A stretch of 62,519 nt of DNA, filler included, from Fonticula-like sp. SCN 57-25 (Eukaryota), in the NCBI GenBank assembly GCA_001724245.1. It is 9 parts of 9 records of this genome, joined end to end, with 100 filler letters (N's around TTAATTAATTAA, not from the genome) between each part and the next. Parts side by side here need not be neighbours in the genome. Positions count along the whole stretch, not along the records: positions 35,637 to 42,298 come from MEDX01000427.1; positions 42,399 to 49,059 come from MEDX01000428.1; positions 49,160 to 55,791 come from MEDX01000429.1; 6 more parts are not named here. One strand, written 5' to 3'. The translations under genes and the position numbers were made by a program. This document shows positions 36,906-49,656 of the stretch, piece after piece (the first letter of the stretch is position 1; every line of letters begins with the position of its first letter). The notes below the pieces were generated by a model. It was not told the origin of the DNA, did no database searches, and was given only the letters and a program-made list of their open reading frames with translations.

Positions 36906-38227
36906 CTAACTCCGGGGCGGCGGCGGCGGAGGACGCCCAAAGCCGGCCGGCGAGGCACCGCCATCTGCAACGCACATTGTTAGCAAACAATGAAATATCC
37001 TTGAAAACGGTAATCGTACTTGATTGCTGGCTGGGGTACACGCGGTTAACCTTGCTAAACGGCGGCGGCGGCGGCAAATCTAAGCGGAACTTGAGTCCCT
37101 CCTCCATCTCGTAGTTGCCCGAGGCCGACATTGGCTGGCCCGGCGGGCTCGGCGCCGGGGCGCGCGCCGGCGGCGGAGGTCCGCGCGCGGGTGGCGGTGG
37201 CCGCGACATCGGCGCGGACGGGGGCTCAGATGGCAGAGCGCGAGCCGGCGGCGGCGGGCGCGACGGCGGAGGAGCACGCGACGGAGGCGCCGGGGCCGCC
37301 GCACGAGCGGGCGGTGGTGGGCGCGAGGCCGGTGGCTCGTCCGAAGGCGAAGAAAAGGCGCCTACATTTGGCGACGTCCTGCTTGGAAGCGACGGGGCGG
37401 GGCCGCGCGACGGCGGCGGCGGGCCAGTGCGCGGCGGCGGGCCCGACGGCGGGGCCCTCGGCGGCGGTGTTACATCCTCGGAAGCGTCGTTGGATGCGGA
37501 AGGAGGCATGGCACGCGGCGGCGGGCCCGGGGGGCGCATTCCCCCCATCGGAGGCCGCCCCATCGGGAAGGCCCTCTGCGGCGGCGCCGAGTCCTCGGGA
37601 GAGTCGTTGGACGACGGCGGAGGCGCAGACCGCGGCGGCGGGCCCGGCGGGCGCATGCCGCCCATCGGGGGACGACCCATCGGAGGCGCCCTCGCCGGCG
37701 GGGGCGTCACGTCGTCCGAGGCAGCAGAGGGAGCCGCGCGCGGAGGCGGGCCCTGAGGGCGCATGCCGCCCATGGGAGGCCGTCCAAACGATGGAGCGCT
37801 CGCCGGCGGCGCATCATCGGCAGGACGAGGAGCAGGCGCACCACGCGCACCCGTCTTTTTCAAGGTGGGCATGCCGCCGGCAAAGAGGCCGCCCAGCATG
37901 GCGGGACCTGCGCCGCCGCCGCCACCACCACCGCCGCCACTGCCGCCGCTGCCGCCACCCGGGGCACCGCCGCCACCACCACCACCGCTGCTCGTTGACT
38001 TTTCTACTCGCAACGTTGTGAGCAAGCAAGCACAGGGCGCATCGGGATCAAATGTTCGTACCAGCAATCGGAGCGCTGCGGTCATTCGTAACTGTCTTCT
38101 TGAGCTTCGTGCCGCCCTGAATTGAGCTAAGCAGCGCACCGCGGTCGCTGCCCCCGGACGACTTCCCCGCAGCCGGAGGCGGAGGAGCCGCCGGCGCCGA
38201 GGGAGGAGGAGGAGGGGGAGGAGGCAT
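36906..38227 (-). CDS. WASP-interacting protein WIP/verprolin
   Basis: Poly-Pro start, WH2 RGALLSSIQGGTKLKKTVTNDRSAP, LGGLFAGGMPTLKK and C-terminal DLPPPPPF...YPS. Confidence 0.9.
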
Positions 38228-38526
38228 CACGCCAATCTACACTGCAGGCTTGTTTTGGATCTACTAAACCCACTCGCGCTGCGAAAGGGGCTGGCACCAC
38301 AAGAAATGGGCACGCGGGGTCGCAAACTGGAACAAGTGTATGCTCCTCTGCGCCACGTATCTATTCAACGGTTCCTGCCTGGGCTCGTGTCTGTCCTGCT
38401 GTTCTGCCGACAGGGCCAAAAGAAGCCGCTGATACGTCGAAACAGACAAGAGAAGGGAAAAAAAAACAGTGCTGCTGACGTCATCGATTGCAGCCAATCA
38501 CAGCCGAGGCGCGACTACTGGCGGCG

Positions 38527-39823
38527 ATGGTGCGCGCCGATGGCGGCAGCGAGGGAGCGCATGCTGACGCAGTCTTGTGCTTGATAGGGAACGTACGTGC
38601 CGTACGGCGAGCGTCCCGAATGGGCGGATATTGAGCCGGTTGAGCAAGATGACGGGCCGAACCCCGTTGCTGCGATTAACTACTCGGACGAGTGTACGCG
38701 GCGCGCGCGCTGCTTAGATCTCGTCATGCTCACGTTTGTACCTTTCCCTTGCACCAGTCCGCGACACCATGAACTACTTTCGCGCATTGTTAAAGAAGCG
38801 TGAGCATAGTGCGCGCGCGTTTGAGTTGACGTCAGATGCGGTCCGCCTCGCGTCCTCCAACTATACGATCTGGTGCGGATGCCAGTTGTACCGGCACGCT
38901 TGCTAATCTCTGCTCTACTTACAAGGCTGTACCGCCGTGAGCTGCTGTTTGCCCTCAAGGGTGACATTCGCGCGGACCTTAATCTTACGAGTGAGCTCAT
39001 CGACGAGCACCCCAAGACGTACCAGCTGTGGTGCGTGTCATTTTTCCCTCCTTTGATCTCTGCTGAATGCTGCTGTCTAGGCATCACCGCCAGGTTCTCG
39101 TGGAGCACTTGAACGGCTTCCCCGACGAGCTTGAGTTCTGCGCTCGCGCCATCGCAGATGACAGCAAGAACTACCACGCGTGGTCGTACCGGTACGTGGC
39201 ATCACATTATTTCTGCCGCTCTTACACTGTCCGCCACAGGCAATGGCTGCTTCGCCGCTTCAATGTCGGCTGGGAGCAGGAGCGCGCCTTCCTGGACAAC
39301 CAGCTAATCAGCGATGTCCGCAATAACTCTGCGTGGAACCAGCGCTACTTTTTGATCACAAACAGCCCCGTCGTCCAAACGGACCGCCCGGCCTACATTC
39401 GCAGCGAGTTTGAATTCGCCTGCCAAAAGATCCGCGTCGCGCCGTCGAACGAAAGCGTGTGGAACTTTATCCGCGGGTGCGAATCTCTCTTTTTTAGGGT
39501 GAGGCTATCGACGATGGCTAACAACGATTATGTATAGGTTGATTGATTTGCAGCCGGAACTGGAGGCGCAATTCCACGAGGAATGCGTCCAGCTTCGCGC
39601 CAAGGGCGTCTCGTGCTCGCACCTCTACGCGGCGCTCGCCGACCACCACGCTGCCAAGGGGTCCGCTGCCGACGCCGAGACAGCGCGCACGGTACGAATC
39701 GATTGAATGCGCTCCGCGAAAACTTACCAAGCGGCATTTCTCTAGCTGTTTGACGATCTCGCGGTAAAAATTGACCCTATTCGTGCAAAGTATTGGGAGT
39801 ACCGCAAGTCCCTTGTTGTCTGA
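38527..39823 (+). CDS. FNTA: Protein farnesyl/geranylgeranyltransferase alpha subunit (spliced)
   Basis: [23 protein letters not shown] repeats ([36 protein letters not shown]) and DPIRAKYW. Confidence 0.93.
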
Positions 39824-39933
39824 GAACGGGGGAAATTGGCTGTACTATGAAGAATGTTTTATATCATGAATGAACAAACGTGAAAGACACCACTGGCAAA
39901 ATTGCAATAAAAAGGCTCAGACGCTAATAGACA

Positions 39934-41215
39934 TTAACGCGGCTGCGCGTCCGCAAAGTACGGGTGCTCCACCGCCTTGTTTGCCGCTATCCTCTTGTCG
40001 GGGTTGAGCTCGAGCATCTTGCCGAGCAGATCGATGCCCACAGGGTCGAGCTTTGGTACGATGGTCTGCAGTGGCGTCGGCGCGCACTTTACAAACTCGC
40101 TCAGCGGGATTTCGGGTCGCGTGTCCGGCGGCAGACCCAGGGCCGCCTCGTCGGCCGGCGTGCCCGTCACTGCCAGATCGCGTCAGCAAAGAGGAAGGAA
40201 TATGGCGCGCGCGTACCCTTGAATATCCTGTTGAGCTGCGACACGGTAGAGTTGCCCTGGAACAGTGCACGGCCCATTGCCATTTCTATCGCAATGTAAA
40301 GGGTGAGAACAGCGGAAGAAAAAAAGGACGACGCACCAGCAAAGATGCAGCCAGCCGACCACAGGTCGATCGACATCGAGTACCGCTTCGACCCCATAAG
40401 GACGTCGGGTGCGCGGTACCATAATGTCACCACCTCGTTCGAGTACGACCGCACGGGAATACCAAACGCCCGCGCGAGTCCAAAGTCGGCAAGTTTGAGA
40501 TCGCCTCGCTAAACATCGGAAACAGATCAGCACGGAGTAACCAGGTGAAATGAGGCCAGCGCACCTTATTGATCAGTAGATTCTGAGGTTTAAGGTCGCG
40601 GTGAAGTACGCGGTTTTCGTGGCAGTAGGCAATTCCGGTCATTAGCTGAAGCATGAGCCACTGAAACACGGGTTTAGTAGAAAGCGACGGCGGCATGCCG
40701 AGACGCACCTTTATGAGGTTGGGATCCAGAGTTCCCGAGTGATGATCCATAAACTTGCGAAGGTCAGAGTCCGAGTATTCAAACACTAACGTCAGCTTCT
40801 GGTCCGTGTAGAGCACGTCGTAGAGCCTATTGGAGCATGATCAGCAAGGCGACCATGCAGAACCGGCACGCACCTGACGATGTTGACGTGACGGAGCTTT
40901 TTAAGAAGCGAGATTTCCCGAATCGCCGTGCACGGAACGCCCTTAACACAAGCGCGCACATGAATGAGCGCGCAGAATGCGGTAAATCGGCCAAAGCGCG
41001 TACCTCTTCCTCATTGTCCAGTCGAATTCGCTTGAGCGCCACCACGTCACCCGTCTCCCTGTTCTGCGCCTTGTACACCACGCCGTACGCGCCTGTTTCG
41101 CATAAAACACACAGCCCGGTGAGACAACGCACGTCGCAACGCCATACTGGCGCAAAACAGTGAAAAGGACCCGCGCACCTTCACCAAGCTTGTCGAGCTT
41201 GCTGTACTTCTCCAT
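39934..41215 (-). CDS. CDK5: Cyclin-dependent kinase, CDK5/PCTAIRE-motif type (spliced)
   Basis: [49 protein letters not shown] and [15 protein letters not shown]. Confidence 0.85.
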
Positions 41216-41290
41216 CTTCAGGTGGTTCGGGCGGCACGATTTCTGTGCACGTGACGACTTCACTCGCGACCCAAACACAGAACACCAGGA

Positions 41291-41878
41291 ATGACGTCCG
41301 TCCCGCTGTACAACGATCCGCCGGCGCTGCTCTTTAACAAGCGCTCTGCTGGTACGCAGAAATGGTCTCGTTTTAAAATGGAGCTGATCGCTGTGTTTTG
41401 GTGTGATGGTAGCCGCGGACGAATCGCTGGATGCCGCCGCGATCGCCGAGACAATCACAAACTACCTTTCGGCCTGCGAGGCAAAGGAACTGCAGTCGGT
41501 ACGAGAGATCTCAATAAAGCGAATATGCTGGTGTCTCTTTGTGTGCTCACGCGGGCGTTCAGCTTCCGGTTAAGCAGCAGCAGGATGTTCAGACGCGCGT
41601 AAAGGCGCTTCTTTCCGCCCTGGAGGCAGGCACAATCAGCGCGCCCATCCTCGAGAGGCTCAGCGACATGTCAGTGGGTATGTTTCACTTTTATTTCGGT
41701 GATCGTTGCGGTGATCGTTGTGTTAACATGAAACGCGCGTGCAGCTCTCAAAAAGTCGGACTATGCCGTGGCCAACAAGGTTCACATCGAGATCATCACT
41801 GCCTTCTACGATGAAAGCAGCTACTGGATCCTTGGCCTCAAGCGCCTCTTAGCACTGAGCATGGCATCGAGCGCATAA
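41291..41878 (+). CDS. SRA1/Sec31-C-terminal-like small protein (spliced)
   Basis: YNDPP motif at the N-terminus; C-terminal ANKVHIEII...YWILGLKRLL. Confidence 0.7.
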
Positions 41879-42398
41879 ATGGCCTCATTTTTCCCCGCAT
41901 TGTACTGCATATATCCATATAATGTTTTGATATCACTCTGTTTAGAGATGCCATTCCGATCGACATGCGCGCCGGATCGCGGACACCAAAAATCGGGCAC
42001 ATAATTGATAGACGGACACACTACGGATACAGGTATTTGAACAGACACAATATGGACACAGTGCGCACACAAACTGCACAGCATACAGCAGGCAGAGTGC
42101 GAACTACACGCCACACTTTCATGGGCCGCATGCGACATCACTGTCGCACACACTCACGAACGAGCCAACTGACCCATTCACCTCTTACCACTCTCCTCAG
42201 AAACCAAGGACCATGCGGTGCCGACGAGACCGCGGCTCGAATCAGATGCTTTCTTGTCGATCAGCGTCTTGTCGGTGATCATCTGGAGAATTGCGTTGNN
42301 NNNNNNNNNNNNNNNNNNNNNNNNNNNNNNNNNNNNNNNNNNTTAATTAATTAANNNNNNNNNNNNNNNNNNNNNNNNNNNNNNNNNNNNNNNNNNNN

Positions 42399-42550
42399 TC
42401 TACAGAATCCAAGAAGATCGCATTGGCGAAAATTCAATAACCAATGTCAAGGATGAGGCCGCCTGGACGCGCGCTCTCAAGCACTTTATGATTAATTTGA
42501 AGTGGTGCTTGCAGCAGTCGTGCCGTCCGCCGCCGCCCATCACTGCCTAG
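42399..42550 (+). CDS. 3' end of Beclin/Atg6-like gene
   Basis: YRIQEDRIGENSI...WTRALKHFMINLKW matches the Atg6 BARA C-terminus. Confidence 0.7.
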
Positions 42551-42657
42551 TTTCCCTCTGAGGATTTACTGCTATTTCGTGTACATTTGCCCGCACTCAA
42601 AATCGAATCTTTATTTGATGTATCACTCTATTGACTGATGATACACGACCTCTGCAC

Positions 42658-43765
42658 TCACTTGGGCGCAGCCTTTCCGGCGCGCAGCTCGTGGTGCTTC
42701 TTGAGCTCGCGCTGAAAGTCGCCCGTAAAGCCCACAAAGTAGGGGAACAGGAGCGACAAAAAGTTCCAGTCCAGCACCTTGGTCATCATCTTGAAGCCAA
42801 TCGTCATGAAGCCCTTGATAGACGTTGATGGGTTAGCGGCGCAGAAACAAAGTTGAGCACGCGTACTTGATCGACGACGACGACGCGGCCGGCGCCGGCA
42901 AAGATGCGGTCCACCACGACGGACGGCGGCGCCGCCATGCGCTGCGCAAACTCGAGCACGCTGACGCCCTTTGTCGTATCGTAAAAGCGCGTGTCCACGG
43001 GGGACGGGTGGATGACGAGCACGTCGATGCCAAAGGCGCGGGCCTCGGGGGCGAGGCTGCAGGCGAACGAGGTGAGGAGCGACTTGGTGCAGCCGTACAG
43101 CGTGGTCGACGGCGTCGGCACAAACATGGCGGCCGACGACGTAAAGGTGATGAGGCCCTTGAGGCCGCGGTCCATCATGTGGTTCATAAAGTGGTGCGTC
43201 AGCTTGAGCGCGCTCGTCGCGTTGCAGTCAAAGTTCTTCATCTGGCGATCCAGCGGCGAGTCGGCATACAGCGCAGAAACAACGTAGCCGGCGTTGTTGA
43301 ACAGGAGCGACACCGAGATGTCGCGCGTGGCCTCGTCAACAACGTTCAAAAAGGTGGGCTGGGCGCAAGTAAGACCTCGCATATCAAAAGGCGCGCACAC
43401 GCACCGACGACAGATCGACGCCGCACTTGCGGACCTTGACATCCCTGTAGATATCCGAAATCTCGCGATGAGCGGTCTCGAGGACCTTGTCATCAAGCGC
43501 CACCATAACAACGTTGATCTTTTGCTTGCAGAGGCGCTCGACGATAGACCTGCCGATGCCCGAGCTGGCCCCTGTCACCACCGCTAAGCGCAGCGAGTTA
43601 ATTGGCTGCATCGACTTTCGCACCGCTCGTACCCCATTCGGCATTGTAGCGCTTTTTCAAATCCTGCGGCTTAAACACAAACTCGTGCAACGCGGTGTTG
43701 ATGCCGTACGTGACGAGCGAGAATAGCATAAGCCATCCGAGGATCGAGATCACCCAGTCCAACAT
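42658..43765 (-). CDS. Short-chain dehydrogenase/reductase (17beta-HSD/3-ketoacyl-CoA reductase-like)
   Basis: N-terminal TM segment, VVTGASSGIG, LFNNAG and YGCTK catalytic motif. Confidence 0.88.
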
Positions 43766-43879
43766 GGCGGGCAGGCGGCTTGGGCGAGTGGGCTGAGCAT
43801 GCACCGACCAATCACAGCACTTGAATTTTGTACTGTCATCGCTTTCGAATCATACGACGCGATTCAAGTCTGCGGCGCC

Positions 43880-45240
43880 ATGGCACCGAGCATTGAGGCA
43901 GGCGTCGTGATCGGGCCGCTTTCGCGCGAGCACTGGGCAGTGCGCATGAACTATATCTGTTGTGCGCAAGAGGCTAACGTGCTGTTGATCAAGGGCAAGC
44001 GATGCGTCGTGATTGGCGGCGCCGGATTTATGGGGACGCACCTGGTGGAGCAGCTCGCCCGCCGCGATGCGCAGGTTGTCGTGTTTGATATGGTAAAGTA
44101 CCGCGGCACAATGCCCAAGGTAGAGAGCGTTGTTGGCGACCTGCAGGACCAGAAGGCCTTGGAGAGCGCTTTGCAGGGCGCCTTTGTGGCATTCCTGGTT
44201 GCGTCGCCGAGCCCCTTCCTCCGCGACGAGTGCGTCCTTTTCTTGCATGGCATCGTTGTATGTATATAGTGCTTACCGGTTTGCCAGGGTCATTTTTTAC
44301 AATGTGAACGTCAAGGGAACCCGCACGGTCATTGCTGCCTGCCGCGCGAGCGGCGTCAAGGTACACTGCTATATTTCCTTGGGTAGCACATTAACTCCCT
44401 TGCCCCACTATAGCGCTTGGTGCTTACCAGCAGCTGCAGCGTGCTGTGGCGTGGAGAGGACATTGTCAATGCCGACGAGTCTGCTCCCTACGCTGACCCG
44501 CCTATCGACCCGTACACGCGCACCAAGATCCAGCAAGAGCAGGTACGCGCTCGCGGCCTTCCTTTTGGTTTGCGCTCATGCAGCGCGGCTAGATCGTTCT
44601 CAGTGCAAACTCGGAGGATGGCGAGCTTATGACCGTGGCGCTCAGGCCACACAGCATCTTTGGCCCGGGCGACCAGCTAGTCCAGTCGATGCTTGAAAAG
44701 GGCCAGGAGGGTCGTCTCAAGTTCACCATCGGGTGCGCACGCTTTGTGGCTCTGCCTTTGGTTTGCTGATGTTTTGGGTTGTTGTGTAGCAACGGCAAGA
44801 ATCTGTCGGACTTTACCTATGTGGGCAATGTGGTCGCCTCGCACCTGCTTGCCGCCGAGCACCTGACGCCGGGCTCAGTGGCCTGCGGCAAGGCGTACAT
44901 CATCACCAATGACGAGCCCATTGGCTTTTGGGACTTTGCCGGGCTTCTCATGGATGAAATCAAAATGCCGCGTCCGTCAATCCACGTCCCGTACAAGCTC
45001 GTGCTGGGCATCTCTCTGTTTTTGCAAGTGCTCTTTGCGGTGCTCTCGCCGATCGTCTCGCTCAAGACAACCTTTACCCCGCAGGTAGTGCGCCTCGCCG
45101 GCACAACTCACTACTACAACTGCAACCGCGCCAAGAACGAGATTGGATACCGCCCCTTTGTCTCGATGGCCGACGGCATCAAGATTTCCGTCCAGTACGT
45201 GCTCGCGCGCCAGGCCGAGCAGCGGAACAAGAAGAAGTGA
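43880..45240 (+). CDS. NSDHL: Sterol-4-alpha-carboxylate 3-dehydrogenase (3beta-HSD/NSDHL/ERG26-like)
   Basis: VIGGAGFMG, YTRTK, LRPHSIFGPGD, DFTYVGNV and YIITNDEP. Confidence 0.85.
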
Positions 45241-45450
45241 ATGTAAAAGATACAGAATAAATCGCGACGTCCGCTGTAGACGTGGGACTCCCTAATAAAT
45301 TACAAAGTGACTCCTGCTATAACTCTTTTAAAGAACCAAGAACAAGGTCCTTTGCAATAGCATTGCACACACGCCCCCAGAGATCCGCAAAGTTGCGCAA
45401 AGTTCGTCAGTGAAAATGTGTGTCATCAAAAATGATCACGTGATTTAAAT

Positions 45451-45466
45451 TTTGATGATCATCAGA
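45451..45466. promoter_or_regulatory. Candidate ribosomal-protein promoter element TTTGATGATCATCAGA
   Basis: Identical to the motif upstream of RPL11, at a similar distance (about 90 bp) from the ATG. Confidence 0.6.
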
Positions 45467-45560
45467 TGCTGATTAGCAAACTGTTGACTTGCGCTCCACC
45501 GACGTGTGTTCGGTCCCTTTCCTCTATCCCTCTCGTCGGACGCACGGCACAGACGTGAGG

Positions 45561-46437
45561 ATGAAGTACTCGCAGGGTACGTGCTAGCTGCATTGGTGGG
45601 CTTGTGGCAATGGGTGGGACATGATGCGGAGAGAGCCGGATGCCCATTGCTGGTGGATTACGCTGTGAGGATGCGCTGGATGGCGCGTCGCCGTGGATCG
45701 TGGATGCACGCATCCGTCGCATCCATGATGATCCTGACGCGGCCATCCGCGTAATCGTCGGCTCTACAGGAGTGGGCATCCTATGCTGGTGGCGTCTGTT
45801 GCGTTTGCCGTGATGTCTTGGTCATTCTGTGTCGTGAAGGCTGTCGTTCGACTTGATCATGTTCACCGTCACAACCATCGATGTATCGTGTACTAATGAT
45901 TGTTGCTCAGACGTGAGCTCTTCGCGCCGCAAGTCGCGCAAGGCCCACTTTACCGCCCCGTCGCACCTCCGCCGCAAGATCTTGAGCGCCCCGCTCTCGA
46001 AGGAGCTCCGCGAGAAGTACCACGTACGAATGATTCTCGATTACATTACGCTAGTTGCTGATTCTCAATGTAGGTGCGCTCGCTCCCCATCCGCAAGGGC
46101 GACAAGGTCAAGGTCGTCCGCGGTGAGCACCTCCGCACTGATGGCGCCGTCCAGCAGGTTTACCGCAAGAAGTGGGTTATTCACGTTGCGGGTCTCCAGC
46201 GGACCAAGGTTAACGGTGCGTTATTTCTTTTTATGCCTCCGCGTGTGCCAGCAACTGACTGGATTTTGTCTCTTTGCGCTATTAGGCCAGACTGTGCCCG
46301 TTGGTATCCACCCCTCCAAGGTTGTGATCACCAGCATCCACCTCGACAAGGACCGCCTTGCTCTCCTCGCCCGCAAGAACGCCAGCGCTTCGGACAAGTC
46401 GAAGGGTAAGGTCAAGGAGGCGGAGGTGTCTGCTTAA
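45561..46437 (+). CDS. RPL26: 60S ribosomal protein L26 (uL24), spliced
   Basis: [36 protein letters not shown] and [11 protein letters not shown]. Confidence 0.97.
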
Positions 46438-46809
46438 GTGTTGTAGTCGTTGTGACATAAATGTGCCCAAATTCTCTTTTTGACTCGACTCAACGGATCA
46501 TGTGTTTGTCGCGTGCGCGATACATGATCATTCACTGCGGCTGAGATAGCACTATTCGGCTGTGTTTGCTTCATATTGCTTTCGTGAAAGCTATGCGTAT
46601 TCTACCACTTGTTCTCTCGCACACAGTTTACGCGGGCACTTTTACCGAAATATCGTGTTAGATTGGCTCTTTTTTCACTCAATCTCCACAGCGGGCCTTT
46701 CAGAACGGTTCAGAGGGAATCGAAACATAGTCCATAATGCAAATATCATACACAAAAGGTTGGGAAAGAATTATTACAATTTCGCAAGCAAAACAGAGCT
46801 TGCCAAAAT

Positions 46810-47527
46810 CTATGACTTGACGCAATACTTGTACTCGGGATCTCTGTACGAGTTCTCGTGCACGACGCTCGCGGAAGATGTGCGGCACCTCGCCAAGCAG
46901 AGCTCAAAAGGATCCTGTGCGTCGCGCACTACGAGGCTTGCTGCTTGGGCTACGAGGTCTCGAAGAAAAGAGCGCTGGGGTACAGACTGTGAGCGAAACA
47001 AGTCCTATCCGTTCTGCATAAATAACCATACCTCTTCAGGACGCAAGCAGCATGAAACACAAAATTCAAATGTGCTGCAGCACAATGAGGGCACGATGCA
47101 GCCGCGGCATTCGTAGCGATAAGTACTATTTGATGGAGCACAGCAGCCGTATTCGGTCGAGTTCTCCCACCGGCAAGTGTAGCCTACGTCGCTGCAGTGT
47201 AAGCGCGCGGGAGAGCAAAAAGCAATATGCTCGCACCTCGCTCGTCCGTCATAATTCTCGCCCCTTGCTTGGTATTCCGGCAAGGCTGCTTCTAAACCAA
47301 GATTTAATCCCCGTTACTTGCCGACGCCCGGCTGGTCGCACCTCGTCCGTCGGCGGATTGTCCCACCGAAATGACGTCCGCGCCGGGTCCCCTCCTCCTA
47401 ATGCAATTGATCCAAAAGAAAATCCGCCCGAGGCGTTGTGCACCACTGTGACTATCATTAATAAAAAGGCCGCCGCTAACAATACGCGGGAAATAGCCCG
47501 CCGGCTAATCAGGTGCCACATCGCCAT
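46810..47527 (-). CDS. SPRING1/C12orf49-like Cys-rich type II membrane protein (spliced)
   Basis: TM anchor, [30 protein letters not shown] and [22 protein letters not shown]. Confidence 0.85.
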
Positions 47528-47641
47528 CCCTGCATGGACGATGATGCACTGACCACATGCAAACTAGCCGCAGTTTGCAATCTCTACCTGAGCGGGATCT
47601 CCCCTTCGCGAGGCAACATTGACGCACAGGGGGCTGGCCGA

Positions 47642-49059
47642 ATGGCCAAGGTATGACCCCTTTTTTGCGTACTCGCTCGTGGACTTGACTAAGCCTTGGC
47701 AATCATTTGTGTCTTTTTCATTATTGCAGATAAGCAGCCGTGTATCAGTAAATGTCGCAGACGACGACCGCGAGACGCCTCAGCAAGAAATGGAGAAATG
47801 GGACGGATATTACGTTATTGTAAATAAGGTGTGTGCCCTTCTACGGCTTTCCTGTAGCGTGTATTCTTATAGCTGTTACTTTTTTAGAAAATCAAGGAGA
47901 AGCTCCCGTCGAACTACATTCGGACGACCAAGTACACGGTGTGGAGCTTCCTTCCTCTGAATCTGTATTCGCAATTCCGTCGCTTCTACAATATCTACTT
48001 CCTCGCCGCCGCCTTGATAGCGGTGTCCATGCCAGAGGCGTCGCCGATTTCTCCGTTCACCTCGGTGACCCCCCTGGTTGTTGTCGTGCTCGTGACGATG
48101 GTCAAGGACATCTTTGAGGACTACCTCCGCCTAAAGTACGCGCGGGCCTCGTCACCTGCCGCGGTAGTCTTACCTGCTGTATAGGGCGGACCGCGCTGCC
48201 AACAACATCGAATGCACTGTATTGCGCCCGAATGGCGAGCGCGTTGATGTGAAGAGCAAGTATATCCGCCCTGGAGACCTCATCGAGGTCAAGCGCGACA
48301 TGCCCTTTCCCGCCGACATGGTTCTCCTCGCGTCTACCCATATGGAAGTACGAATATGAACATAAACTTGCGGCTTGTGCTTACATTTCTCTTTCCCCGT
48401 TTTCAGGAAGGCCGCTGTTTCGTCGAGACTGCCCAGCTTGACGGCGAGTCGAACCTGAAGCGCCGTCTGGCCTGCTTTGATGCGGACAACTCTGGCACGC
48501 AAGACTATCAGGTGCGGCTCTTTCCCCTTGACTTTGCCGTTTTCTGACCTCTTTTTTCCCTTCAGACTCTGGTTACTTCTCTCCAGGAAGGCTACGGGCG
48601 CATCGACTGCGAGAAGCCGAACCCGCACCTCTACCGCTTTGAAGGCCGCATCGACTGGGTGGCCGGCGACGAGTCGCTCATGTTTGCCCTCAAGCCGGAG
48701 CACCTGCTGCTTCGTGGAGCCGTTCTCAAGAACACTGACAAGATTCTCGGTGCCGCCGTCTACGTCGGCAACGAGTCAAAGATCATGAAGAACACGGTCA
48801 AGTCGTCCCTCAAGTTCTCGACCATGGAAGGCCGCCTGAACGCGCTTGTCGTTGCCATCTTTCTGTTCAACGTCTTGGTGCTCGTGCTTTCCTCTGTCTT
48901 TTCTGGCATCTGGCAGGACTGGACTGGCATTGACTCGTGGTACCTTGACTGGAACCTGACTGGCGTCGAGGTCTCGTTCTACCACGCGGCCACCTACTTT
49001 GTCCTGTGGACGTACCTCATCCCGATCTCGCTCTTTGTCAGTATCGAAATGGTGCGCCT
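47642..49059 (+). CDS. P4-ATPase phospholipid flippase (3' truncated, spliced)
   Basis: [51 protein letters not shown] and [11 protein letters not shown]. Confidence 0.93.
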
Positions 49060-49159
49060 NNNNNNNNNNNNNNNNNNNNNNNNNNNNNNNNNNNNNNNNN
49101 NNNTTAATTAATTAANNNNNNNNNNNNNNNNNNNNNNNNNNNNNNNNNNNNNNNNNNNN

Positions 49160-49644
49160 CACAAAGGAAGGTCGTGAATTAACTGATGTTTGTAATTTTT
49201 AAGATTAACACTTTGATCAATAACCAACCCTATCTACACACAGTTCAACTGGTACATTTATCCAGAGGGTCTCTATCGTTCCATCAAACTTGCTGCATCT
49301 CTCAACCTGCCAATCTATGTAACAGAGAATGGCATCGCAGATGCGAAGGACACTATGCGAGAGAAGTTTATAAAACAGTACATCTACGCGATGAGTACAG
49401 CCATGAAAGAAGGGGTACAAGTCAAAGGCTTTTATTATGTACGGATTTGTGGCCAGCATTCCCGCGCATAACTAACACATTTTCTTCTAATTTGCAGTGG
49501 AGCTTCATGGATAACTTTGAGTGGAGGGAATCAAGAACCATGCGTTTCGGTCTCTTCAAGGTCGATTTTGCAACGCAGAAGCGACAATTGTACAAGGGAG
49601 CACAGGCCTACGTAGACATTGTGAAGCGATTCTTGCAAAAATAA
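49160..49644 (+). CDS. Glycoside hydrolase family 1, C-terminal exons
   Basis: WYIYPEGL, PIYVTENG (nucleophile) and GFYY|WSFMDNFEW..RFGLFKVDF. Confidence 0.9.
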
Positions 49645-49656
49645 ATGGTCACAGTT

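Noticed and set aside
45725-45737. Box C/D snoRNA in the RPL26 intron (ATGATGA..CTGA)
   Set aside because: The boxes are only a few nt apart, with no guide region or terminal stem evident.
46562-47552. Plus-strand ORFs of 184 aa and 166 aa
   Set aside because: Largely antisense to the SPRING1-like exons, with no protein-like signal.
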